37,455 nucleotides of DNA, from assembly GCA_040004785.1 (NCBI GenBank), contig JBDUAG010000001.1, positions 1-37,455 on the forward strand, written 5' to 3'. The notes under the pieces were generated by a model that made no database searches, was not told the DNA's origin, and was given only the letters and a program-made list of their open reading frames with translations. The position numbers were made by a program, and so were the translations under genes. The first letter of the stretch is position 1. Each line of letters begins with the position of its first letter. The DNA comes from Burkholderiales bacterium (GTDB taxonomy: Bacteria > Pseudomonadota > Gammaproteobacteria > Burkholderiales > Burkholderiaceae_C). This document shows, piece after piece, positions 29,377 to 37,455 of this stretch.

Positions 29377-30360
29377 ATGCCCCAACCCACGCTTCCCCCG
29401 ATCAAGACCTGGAGCCATCTGGCCGGTCAACGCCGCAAGCCCAGCGAATACGAGATCGTCTCGACCAATCTGCTCTGGCATACCCGCGACGCAGACCATC
29501 CCTGGGACGTCGAAGGCTTCATGGCGGACTGGTACCGGAAGAACCTGTTCGGTTGTGCATTGAAGCATGCCGACTGGGATCTGTTCCGTGACCCTGACGA
29601 GACGGTCTACCGCACCTACAACATCCAGCAGGACGGGCACGAATCGTATGTCGATGGATTGCTCGACCAGTTTGCGGCCGAAGGGCACGACAAGGGCTTG
29701 TCGTCGCAGTGGGTCGCGACACTGACGAAGCTGTACGCGCCGGCACGTTACCCGCTGCACGCGGTTCAGATGGCCTCGGGCTATCTGGCCAGCATCTCGC
29801 CGGCGAGCACCATCTCGAGCAGCGCGATGTTCCAGGCCGGCGATGCGTTGCGCTGGGTATCCCGGGTCGCCTATCGGACCCGCGAACTCGCGAACGCACA
29901 CCCGGATGCCGGCTTCGGCGTGAACGAAAGGCAGTACTGGGAGAGCCTGCCCGAATGGCAGGGCCTGCGTGAACTCACCGAGCGCATGCTCACGGCCTTC
30001 GAGTGGGGCGAGTGCTTCTTCGCGATGAACGTGATCTACAAGCCGGCGCTCGATGAGGCACTCAACCGACAGCTGGCGGTTTCTGCGCGCCGCAACGGCG
30101 ACAGTCTCCTTGCCTTGCTGGCAGAGGCTCAGTTGCGCGACAGTGCCCGTTCCCAGCGCTGGACGGCGGCGCTCGTGAAGATGATGCTGGAAGTGCCCGG
30201 CAACGCCGACGTGCTCGCACAATGGAACACCAAGTGGGTGCCGCTGGCGGAACGCGCCGTTCGCACTTTTTGCAAGGCCATCCCGGACAATGCTGAGAGC
30301 GGCGACGCGGCGGTTTCAGCGATGCGTGCCTTCAGAGTCAGTCTCGGGCTGTCGGCCTGA
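29377..30360 (+). CDS. tmoE: SDIMO hydroxylase beta subunit (TmoE type)
   Basis: KTWSHLAGQRRKPSEYEIVS, DWDLFRDPD..YRTY, YAPARY..H..QM, WQGLREL.E. Confidence 0.93.
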   Translation: MPQPTLPPIKTWSHLAGQRRKPSEYEIVSTNLLWHTRDADHPWDVEGFMADWYRKNLFGCALKHADWDLFRDPDETVYRTYNIQQDGHESYVDGLLDQFAAEGHDKGLSSQWVATLTKLYAPARYPLHAVQMASGYLASISPASTISSSAMFQAGDALRWVSRVAYRTRELANAHPDAGFGVNERQYWESLPEWQGLRELTERMLTAFEWGECFFAMNVIYKPALDEALNRQLAVSARRNGDSLLALLAEAQLRDSARSQRWTAALVKMMLEVPGNADVLAQWNTKWVPLAERAVRTFCKAIPDNAESGDAAVSAMRAFRVSLGLSA

Positions 30361-30370
30361 GCGGCTCTTC

Positions 30371-31393
30371 ATGGAGAGCTATGAGATCGCCATCGAGGGG
30401 GCGGCAAGCGGGTTCCGGGCATCCGGCCAGGACCCGCTGCTGCGCAGCGCACTACGCGCCGGTATCGGCTTTCCTTACGAGTGCAATGTCGGCTCCTGTG
30501 GTTCATGCAAGTTCGAACTTCTCGACGGCGAACTCGATGTCCCGGCCGAGCTGACCAGCGGAACCAGTGAGCGTGACCGCCAGCGCAGGCGATTCCTGGC
30601 ATGCCAGGTCAAACCGGCAAGCGAGTGCCGCATCAAAGTACGCACGTCGGTTTCCTTCGAACCTGTCAACAGGCCTCGCGCCGTGCGCGCGGAACTTGTG
30701 CGCCGCATCGATCACACCGGTGATCTGAGCGAGTTCGTCTTCCAGACGCTGCAACCGGCCCTGTTCCTCAGCGGCCAGTATGCCCTGCTGTCGCTGCCCG
30801 GTGTGCAAGCATGGCGTGCGTACTCCATGTCCAATCTATCGAACGACGACGGAGAGTGGCGCTTCTTCATCAAGCGCGTCGCTGGTGGCGCCATGACGCA
30901 ACCCCTGTTCGAATCGCCTCGCGCGGGGACTGTGGTCACGATCGACGGGCCGTACGGGATGGCGTTCGCGAGACTCGACGTCGAGCGGGATGCCGTGTGC
31001 ATCGCGGGTGGGTCCGGCTTTTCGCCCATGCTCGGGATTGCGCGCTGCCTCGCCGCCAGCGGCAACCTCAGGCGCCGCAACCTGCATTTCTTCTACGGCT
31101 GCCGCACGCCCGATGACCAGCCCGACGCCTCCCTCGTAGGAAATCTGCGGGAACAGGTCGGGTCACTCTCCCACACTGTCGTCGTCTCCGACACGGCGGC
31201 CGCATCGACCTTCGGGTGGACGGGGCCCACAGGCTTCGTGCACGAGACGGTCGCAAGCCACATCGGCTCCGACGGCGCCGCGCTCGAGTACTACGTCTCC
31301 GGCCCAGCTCCGATGGTCGATGCCGTGGTTCGCATGCTCGTCCTCGACAGGAAAGTTCCTGTCGAGCAAGTCCACTACGACCGCTTCTTCTGA
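30371..31393 (+). CDS. tmoF: SDIMO NADH:ferredoxin reductase (TmoF type)
   Basis: 2Fe-2S CNVGSCGSC..LACQ, FAD motif RAYSMSN, DGPYG, IAGGSGFSPM, C-terminal DRFF. Confidence 0.9.
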   Translation: MESYEIAIEGAASGFRASGQDPLLRSALRAGIGFPYECNVGSCGSCKFELLDGELDVPAELTSGTSERDRQRRRFLACQVKPASECRIKVRTSVSFEPVNRPRAVRAELVRRIDHTGDLSEFVFQTLQPALFLSGQYALLSLPGVQAWRAYSMSNLSNDDGEWRFFIKRVAGGAMTQPLFESPRAGTVVTIDGPYGMAFARLDVERDAVCIAGGSGFSPMLGIARCLAASGNLRRRNLHFFYGCRTPDDQPDASLVGNLREQVGSLSHTVVVSDTAAASTFGWTGPTGFVHETVASHIGSDGAALEYYVSGPAPMVDAVVRMLVLDRKVPVEQVHYDRFF

Positions 31394-31416
31394 GGTTTAC
31401 TACAAGGTTTTCGATC

Positions 31417-31752
31417 ATGGCTTTCAAGCGCGCTTGTTCCCTCGACGATCTCTGGCAAGGAGAGATGCAACCCATCGTCATCGACGGCAAGGACGTCCTG
31501 CTCGTCCACACCGATTCCGGCAAGCTCTGCGCCACCCAGGGGACCTGTCCGCATCAGGAGTTCAGCCTCGGTGACGGCGAGCTCAAGGGCAATGTACTCA
31601 CCTGCTGCAAGCACCTGTGGCAATTCGATGTCACCACCGGCAAGGGCATCAATCCATCGCACGCGGAACTCGCGCTGTTTCCCGTGCGGATTGACGGTGA
31701 CGACGTGATGGTGGACGTAGAGGGCATCGAACCCAAGTTTGCCCACTCATGA
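31417..31752 (+). CDS. tmoC: Rieske-type ferredoxin (TmoC type)
   Basis: MAFKRACSLDDLWQGEM, CPHQ..CCKHLWQFD..TGKGINP. Confidence 0.92.
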   Translation: MAFKRACSLDDLWQGEMQPIVIDGKDVLLVHTDSGKLCATQGTCPHQEFSLGDGELKGNVLTCCKHLWQFDVTTGKGINPSHAELALFPVRIDGDDVMVDVEGIEPKFAHS

Positions 31753-31813
31753 TCGAAGGCCCACAGGGCAGACCCACGACCGTGCATCTCCATTCAACCA
31801 GACAACCGATCAC

Positions 31814-31924
31814 ATGACCGTACACGACGTCGCCCGATTCACGGCGCGTCCGGCGACGCTGGACCCACTTCGGACGTTGCTGACCGGACTCGTCGAGCCC
31901 ATTCGCAGCGACAAGGGGTGTTGA
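31814..31924 (+). pseudogene. ABM/YgiN-like (antibiotic biosynthesis monooxygenase fold) N-terminal fragment
   Basis: MTVHDVARFTARPATLDPLRTLLTGLVEPIRSDKGC* resembles the xxPTRxExGC motif; stops inside an IS-like end. Confidence 0.6.
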
Positions 31925-31969
31925 CGCCGAAAATTTGACCCACTTGAAGCGATAGTTGGAGTGAACCCC
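31919..31969. mobile_element. Isolated IS21-type terminal repeat
   Basis: TGTTGACGCCGAAAATTTGACCCAC, similar to the ends at 11960 and 12119; coincides with truncation of the ABM-like gene. Confidence 0.5.
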
Positions 31970-32085
31970 TGAGGCTGGACCATCGGGGTCATCAGAACTA
32001 AGCCGCTTGCTGAGCGAGTTGCGTTTCGAACTCTATCGGTGACTGGTATCCGAGCGCGGAGTGCAAGCGCTTGGTGTTGTAGATC

Positions 32086-32130
32086 GACCTCGTTGCCACC
32101 GTGGCCGGTCAGAAAGGCTGCCTTCATCAT
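32086..32130 (-). pseudogene. N-terminal stub of a medium-chain dehydrogenase/quinone oxidoreductase
   Basis: GAGGAG RBS then MMKAAFLTGHGGNEV; similarity is lost immediately afterwards. Confidence 0.45.
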
Positions 32131-32184
32131 TCGTGTGCTCCTCGTTGTGCGCAGAAAAACATCGGTGGCGAACGTGCGCGGGAC

Positions 32185-33114
32185 TCACGCTCCGCCGGCC
32201 GGCAGCCGCACCGCATGCGCGAGTTGCCGACGCGCGGCCTCGCGAAATTCGGTGGGTGTGAGGTTCGTCTGCTTCTTGAAGAAGCGGCCGAAGTAGGCCT
32301 CGTCATCGAAGCCGACCAGCCCGGCGATCTGCTTGACGCTGAGCGTGGAGTAGACGAGTTCGCGCTCGGCCTCGTGCACGATGCGCGCATTCAGAACGTC
32401 GATCGCCGACCCGCCGAGCAGTTCGCGGCAGATGCGCGAGAGCTGCCCGACGCTCAGCCCGACATCGGACGCATAACGCGCCACCGGCCAGCGGTTGCGG
32501 AACTGCAGGTCGACCGTCGCGCGAAAGCGCTCCACGCGCGCGGCCTTCTTGCTGCGCTCCGCGCTGGCTTCGTCTTCGTCGAGCCGCATCGACGCGACGA
32601 TGCGGCTGATCTGCACGAACACCGCCATCAGCAGCACCGTGCCCGCGGCCGACTCGCCGCTGACATGGATGCGGCCTTCGCGGTCGATCGCATCGAACAG
32701 CGGCAGCAACGCGTCGGCATGGCGCGGCGAACCCGCCACTTCCATCACGCGCGGCTCGCGGATGTGGCGCAGCAGGCCCGGCGCCGCGACCGCCGCCACC
32801 GACTCCAACGGGTGTTGCGCGGCGGTGACGACCGGCCCGTCGACATCCGGCGAGAAGCGAAAGCCGTGCACGTGGCGGGTCGGCACCACGATCACGGCTG
32901 GTGCGCGAATTGTCCATTGCCGGTTGTCGACAAAAACATCACCACCGCCGCGCGTGAGGTAGAGCACCTGGATCAGGCCGTGGTGCACATGCGGGTCGAT
33001 CTCGAAGTTGAATATCGACGAACGTTCGTGAATTTGCTCCATGTGCACGAGGTCGATCCACGACGGCACGGCTTCGTCGCCGTAGAGCGCGTAGTTCGGA
33101 ATGCTCGCGTTCAT
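32185..33114 (-). CDS. AraC-family transcriptional regulator (PobR/HpaA-like)
   Basis: ATG 33114: IPNYALYGDE..EIDPHVHHGLIQV cupin; HTH SVKQIAGLVGFDDEAYFGRFFKKQTNLTPTEFR. Confidence 0.9.
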   Translation of the reverse strand: MNASIPNYALYGDEAVPSWIDLVHMEQIHERSSIFNFEIDPHVHHGLIQVLYLTRGGGDVFVDNRQWTIRAPAVIVVPTRHVHGFRFSPDVDGPVVTAAQHPLESVAAVAAPGLLRHIREPRVMEVAGSPRHADALLPLFDAIDREGRIHVSGESAAGTVLLMAVFVQISRIVASMRLDEDEASAERSKKAARVERFRATVDLQFRNRWPVARYASDVGLSVGQLSRICRELLGGSAIDVLNARIVHEAERELVYSTLSVKQIAGLVGFDDEAYFGRFFKKQTNLTPTEFREAARRQLAHAVRLPAGGA

Positions 33115-33231
33115 GCGGGTTTCTCCCAGGAGGACATGCAGCAATTGTCCTGCTCCGCGCACCTTCTGTCGATTGAGGGAACCGTGCCCCGTTTCTACGA
33201 TGCGAACGTGGAAAAAACAGGACACAGGCTC

Positions 33232-34107
33232 ATGGCTCCGAGGGTTCACGCAACCGACGACACATCGACGAATGCCGCCACGGCGCGCCGCGCCGAGTGG
33301 CTGGGTCTGGCGGGCCGCGTCATCGTCGTGTCGGGCGCGGGCAGCGGCATCGGGCGCGCACTCGCCGAGTCGTTGGCCGAGGCCGGCGCGAAGGTCGCCG
33401 TTCTCGATCGCGATGCGAACGCCGCGCACGACACCACCGCACGCATCGAACAGAGCGGTGGTTGTGCGATCGCAGTCGAAGCCGACATTTCGAACGAAAC
33501 CTCGGTGCGCTCCGCCGCCGCGAAGGTGCGTGCCGAGCTCGGCCCGGTGCATGGCCTCGTCAACAACGCCGGCCTGCTGCGTGCGGGCGCGCTGTCGGAC
33601 GTGTCGATCGACGAATGGAACCAGGTGCTCGCGGTCAACCTCACCGGCTACCTGATCTGCACCCGCGAATTCGGCAAGGACATGGTGGCCGCCGGTGCCG
33701 GCAGCGTGGTTCACGTGGCGTCGATTTCGGCGATCCACCCGCAGACCGCCAGCGGCGCCTACAGCGCGAGCAAGGCCGGCGTGCTTCTGATGAGCAAGCA
33801 GTTCGCGGCCGAGTGGGGGCCGAAGGGCATTCGCAGCAACGCGATCTGCCCGGGAATGATCCGCACTGCGCTCTCCGCGAAGTTCTACGAGGAACCCGGT
33901 TTCGAAGCCCGCCGCGCCGCTGTGACGGCGAGCCGCCGCGTCGGCGAGCCGCTCGACATCGTGGAGCCGGCGATGTACCTGCTGAGCGACCGCGCGGCGT
34001 ATGTCAACGGCACCGAGCTGGTGGTCGACGGCGGCCTCGATTGCATGTTGATGGACATGGTGCCGCGCCCCGGCTTCAACCGCACCGCCGACGCGGCACA
34101 GGCCTGA
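33232..34107 (+). CDS. Short-chain dehydrogenase/reductase
   Basis: SGAGSGIG, LVNNAG, YSASK, NAICPG; start uncertain. Confidence 0.9.
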   Translation: MAPRVHATDDTSTNAATARRAEWLGLAGRVIVVSGAGSGIGRALAESLAEAGAKVAVLDRDANAAHDTTARIEQSGGCAIAVEADISNETSVRSAAAKVRAELGPVHGLVNNAGLLRAGALSDVSIDEWNQVLAVNLTGYLICTREFGKDMVAAGAGSVVHVASISAIHPQTASGAYSASKAGVLLMSKQFAAEWGPKGIRSNAICPGMIRTALSAKFYEEPGFEARRAAVTASRRVGEPLDIVEPAMYLLSDRAAYVNGTELVVDGGLDCMLMDMVPRPGFNRTADAAQA

Positions 34108-34117
34108 GGAGACCGCC

Positions 34118-35824
34118 ATGACCAACTTCGACGTGATCGTGATCGGCTCCGGCGCCGCGGGCCTCGCCACGGCGATCACCTCGGCCAAGCGCGGCCTGAA
34201 GGTGGTGGTGCTCGAGAAAGAGCCGGTGTTCGGCGGCACCACCGCGCTCTCGGGCGGCGTGTTGTGGATTCCGCTGAGCCCGCACGGCCGGAAGCAGAAC
34301 GCGGCCGACACCCGCGAAGCGGTACGCACGTACATGATGCGCGAGACTGGCTCGTACTACGACGACGCCGCAGTCAGCGCCTTCGTCGACAGCGGGCCGA
34401 AGATGGTCGAGTTCTTCGAGCGCGAGACGGCCATGAAATTCGTGCCGACGCTCTACCCTGACTACCACCCGGACGTCGACGGCGGCGTCGACATCGGCCG
34501 CTCGATTCTCGCCGCACCGTTCGACATTCGCGGCCTCGGCGCCGACATGGCGCGCCTGAAGCCGCCGCTGAAGACCATCACCTTCATCGGCATGATGTTC
34601 AACTCGTCGAACGCCGACCTCAAGCACTTCTTCCAGGTCACCAAGTCCCTCACGTCGTTCCTCTACGTCGCCAAGCGTCTGGCCACGCACGTGAAGGAGC
34701 TGGCGCTGTACCGGCGCGGCATCAACGTGACGAGCGGCGACGCGCTGGCGGCGCGGCTCGCGAAGTCGGCACTCGACATCGGCATTCCGATCCGCACATC
34801 GTGCGCGGCGAAGCAAGTGGTGATGACCGACGGGCGCGCCACCGGCGTGCGCGTGGCCGGGCCGGGCGGCGAGCAGACGCTGACGGCACGCCTCGGCGTG
34901 GTGCTGGCATGCGGCGGCTTCCCGCACGAGATCGAACGCATCGCGAAGGCCTATCCGCACCTCGCGCGCGGCGGTGAGCACCTCTCGCCCACGCCGGTGT
35001 CGAACACCGGCGACGGCACGCGCATGGCCGAGCAGGCCGGCGGCGTCGTCGACATTCGTTTCGAGGACGCGGCCGCGTGGATGCCGGTGTCGAGGGTCGA
35101 CTACGGCGGCGGCGAGATCGGCGTGTTCCCGCACCTGCTCGACCGCTACAAGCCCGGCATCATCGGCGTGCTCGCCAACGGCCGCCGCTTCACCAACGAG
35201 TCGAACTCGTACCACGACGTCGGCGCCGCGATGATCCGCGCCTGCGCGGGGCAACCGGAGACGGCCATGTGGCTGGTCTGCGACCGGCCGACGCTCGCGA
35301 AATACGGCATCGGTTTCGTGAAACCCTCGCCGATGCCGATCGGCAAGTTCCTGCGCAACGGCTACCTGATGCAGGGCGCGACGCTCGCTGAACTGGCGAA
35401 GAACGCCGGCATCGACCCCACCGGCCTCGAGCAGACGGTGGCTGCCTACAACGTCGGCGCAGTGAGGGGCGAAGATACCGAATTCGGCCGCGGCCGCACC
35501 ACCTTCAATCGCTACCTGGCCGACCCGGCGAACCAGCCGAACCCGTGTGTCGCACCGCTGCGCAGCGGGCCGTACTACGCGGTGAAGGTGATCATGGGCG
35601 ACCTGGGCACGTTCGACGGCATCCAGACGAGCGTCGTCGGCGAGGTGCTCAAGCGCGACGGCTCGGCGATCGCCGGCCTCTACGCCGTCGGCAACGACCG
35701 CGCCAGCATCATGGGCGGCAACTACCCCGCCGCCGGCATCACGCACGGCCCGAACATGACGTTCGGCTACGTCACCGGCAACCACCTTGCCGATCTCGCC
35801 AGCTTCACGAAGGTCGCGGCATGA
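34118..35824 (+). CDS. FAD-dependent oxidoreductase (3-ketosteroid dehydrogenase/fumarate reductase flavoprotein family)
   Basis: GSGAAG, GGTTALSGG, GVVLACGGF, NTGDG, GRRFTNES, GLYAVGN..MGGNYPAAGIT. Confidence 0.9.
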   Translation: MTNFDVIVIGSGAAGLATAITSAKRGLKVVVLEKEPVFGGTTALSGGVLWIPLSPHGRKQNAADTREAVRTYMMRETGSYYDDAAVSAFVDSGPKMVEFFERETAMKFVPTLYPDYHPDVDGGVDIGRSILAAPFDIRGLGADMARLKPPLKTITFIGMMFNSSNADLKHFFQVTKSLTSFLYVAKRLATHVKELALYRRGINVTSGDALAARLAKSALDIGIPIRTSCAAKQVVMTDGRATGVRVAGPGGEQTLTARLGVVLACGGFPHEIERIAKAYPHLARGGEHLSPTPVSNTGDGTRMAEQAGGVVDIRFEDAAAWMPVSRVDYGGGEIGVFPHLLDRYKPGIIGVLANGRRFTNESNSYHDVGAAMIRACAGQPETAMWLVCDRPTLAKYGIGFVKPSPMPIGKFLRNGYLMQGATLAELAKNAGIDPTGLEQTVAAYNVGAVRGEDTEFGRGRTTFNRYLADPANQPNPCVAPLRSGPYYAVKVIMGDLGTFDGIQTSVVGEVLKRDGSAIAGLYAVGNDRASIMGGNYPAAGITHGPNMTFGYVTGNHLADLASFTKVAA

Positions 35825-36174
35825 ATGCGCTGGTGCCGGCCGGCAAGGCCATCGTCGACCACCGCACCTACACGATCGCGCTGCGCAAGATGCCGGAGTT
35901 CGTCGACGTGTTCGACCGCCTGGCGATGCCGATCCTGCTGCAGACACTCGGCCAACCGATCGGCTTCTGGACCAGCCTCATCGGCCCGCAGAACCAGTTC
36001 GTGCATCTGTGGGGCTACGACAGCCTCGCCGACTACGAAGCGCGCTGCCACGCGCGCGACACGCACCCCGATTTTCCGAAGTACCTGGCGGCGTCCGGTC
36101 ACCTGATCGTGGCCCAGGAGACGCGCCTGATCCGCAGGCTCGACGTACCCGCCTGGGCCCATAGTGGACTGTAA
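35821..36174 (+). CDS. NIPSNAP family protein
   Basis: ATG overlaps previous stop; DHRTYT..GFWTSLIGPQNQFVHLWGYDSLADYEAR. Confidence 0.85.
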   Translation: MNALVPAGKAIVDHRTYTIALRKMPEFVDVFDRLAMPILLQTLGQPIGFWTSLIGPQNQFVHLWGYDSLADYEARCHARDTHPDFPKYLAASGHLIVAQETRLIRRLDVPAWAHSGL

Positions 36175-36274
36175 TTCGTGTTCAGAATCTTATTCCAATA
36201 AATCAGAAATCATGCGCCACAGGCCATGACGCGGGCCACGCGTTGAGCGGCCCGCGACGCAAGGAGACACATCC

Positions 36275-37075
36275 ATGACGAACACTTCGAGACCGGCGCG
36301 AGTCGCCATCGTCACCGGCGCAGCCGATGGCATCGGCTGGGCCACCGCCCAGCAGTTCGCCACGCAGGTCGACCACGTCGCGCTGCTCGATCTGCGCGAA
36401 GGCGCGGTGTGCGAGCGCGCCACCGAACTCGGCAGCGCCCACGTCGGCATCGGCTGCGACGTGTGTGTGGCCGAGAGCGTGGCCGCCGCCGTGCGCGTCG
36501 TGCTCGAGCGCTTCGGCCGCGTCGACGTGCTCGTCAACAACGCCGGCATCGGTGACCAGGCCGGCGCCACCATCGACCAGACCGTCGAGGCCTTCGACCG
36601 CGTGCTCGGTGTGCACTTGCGCGGCACGTTCCTGATGAGTCGCGAAGTCGCGCCGGGCATGCTCGCGCAGGGTGGCGGCGCGATCGTCAACATCGCGTCG
36701 ATCGCTGCAGCGGCCGGCGTCCCGATGCGCAACGCCTACGGCGCGGCCAAGGCCGGCATCGCGGCGATGACACGCTCGATGGCCTGCGAATGGGCGAGCC
36801 GCGGCTTGCGCGTCAACGCGGTCGCACCGGGCTACGTGCGCACCGCGCTGGTCGACGAACTGGCGCGCAAGGGCGCGTTGAATACGAAGGCGATCGACGA
36901 ACGCACGCCGATGGGCCGCATGGGCCGGCCCGACGAGATCGCCAAGGTGATCGCCTTCCTGGCGTCGGACGACGCGAGCTACATCACCGGCACCGTGCTG
37001 AACGTCGACGGCGGCTGGCTCGCCTTCGGCGGCACGATTCCGGCGGTGCCGCCGGTCGTCGCCTCGGGAGCCTGA
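36275..37075 (+). CDS. Short-chain dehydrogenase/reductase
   Basis: TGAADGIG, LVNNAG, YGAAK, NAVAPG, DASYITG; RBS AAGGAG. Confidence 0.92.
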   Translation: MTNTSRPARVAIVTGAADGIGWATAQQFATQVDHVALLDLREGAVCERATELGSAHVGIGCDVCVAESVAAAVRVVLERFGRVDVLVNNAGIGDQAGATIDQTVEAFDRVLGVHLRGTFLMSREVAPGMLAQGGGAIVNIASIAAAAGVPMRNAYGAAKAGIAAMTRSMACEWASRGLRVNAVAPGYVRTALVDELARKGALNTKAIDERTPMGRMGRPDEIAKVIAFLASDDASYITGTVLNVDGGWLAFGGTIPAVPPVVASGA

Positions 37076-37076
37076 C

Positions 37077-37455
37077 ATGAGCATCCACATCTTCAACGGG
37101 CTCGTCTACGGCGCCCTGCTCATCGTGATGTGCTCGGGGCTGGCACTGATCTACGGGCTGCGCCGCGTCGTCAACTTCGCGCACGGCTCGCTCTACATGC
37201 TCGGCGCCTACATCGGCTACTCGGTCGCGCAGAAAACCAACTTCTGGGGCGCGCTCGTCATCGCGCCGGCGGTCATGGCCCTGCTCGGCGTGGCGATCGA
37301 CCGCTGGGGTTTCCGGCTGCTGCAGGACCGCGACCCGCTGACGGTCGTGCTCGTCACCTTCGGTGCGCTGCTGGTGATCGAAGACTTCGTGCAGACGACC
37401 TGGGGCAAGAGCAACCTGTCGGTCGCCACACCCGAGTCGCTGGCGTTTTCGTTCA
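37077..37455 (+). CDS. livH: Branched-chain amino acid ABC permease LivH-like (partial)
   Basis: Manual translation MSIHIFNGLVYGALLIVMCSGLALIYGLRRVVNFAHGSLYMLGAY; runs off window. Confidence 0.85.
   Translation, partial: MSIHIFNGLVYGALLIVMCSGLALIYGLRRVVNFAHGSLYMLGAYIGYSVAQKTNFWGALVIAPAVMALLGVAIDRWGFRLLQDRDPLTVVLVTFGALLVIEDFVQTTWGKSNLSVATPESLAFSF

Noticed and set aside
26447-31752. Calling the cluster an isoprene monooxygenase because a GST gene is nearby
   Set aside because: Gene order differs from isoABCDEF, no isoG/isoH-like genes are adjacent, and the single GST lies in the opposite operon.
32101-34335. 668-aa and 716-aa ORFs suggesting large fusion proteins
   Set aside because: Each is a real gene (SDR from about 33232; AraC from 33114) extended upstream through the antisense strand of the other.
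34076-35947. 623-aa minus-strand ORF
   Set aside because: Antisense shadow of the flavoprotein gene.

Overview
High-GC proteobacterial (Burkholderiales-like) accessory DNA in four blocks. (1) 1-2253: the start of a cus-type heavy-metal efflux operon on the minus strand. (2) About 2375-12741: a decayed Tn7-like transposon with both repeat-bearing ends still visible. It keeps tniQ, a truncated tnsC and a truncated tnsA-like gene, has no tnsB, and is filled with a hybrid sensor kinase, an Aer-like chemoreceptor and many remnants (ada, IS91, IS3, a 160-bp IS21-type mini-element, a Ser/Thr kinase). (3) About 13.4-31.9 kb: a divergently transcribed catabolic island. Leftward: pxpA/lamB-like, GST-like, NTF2-like, biotin carrier, biotin carboxylase, pxpB/pxpC-like, a TorT-like ABC importer, a frameshifted gabD-like gene, a carbonic anhydrase remnant and a LysR regulator. 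Rightward: an acetoacetate-decarboxylase-fold gene and a six-gene toluene/isoprene-type soluble di-iron monooxygenase (SDIMO) with non-canonical gene order. (4) 32.1-37.5 kb: AraC regulator, SDR, flavoprotein, NIPSNAP, SDR and livH. The best candidate for an undescribed system is block 3, an SDIMO apparently coupled to a biotin/ATP-dependent LamAB-like lactam-opening module and an aldehyde dehydrogenase. This suggests a pathway for a small N-heterocycle such as pyrrole or a pyrrolinone (inference). All family calls come from motif recognition by eye; no database search was run.
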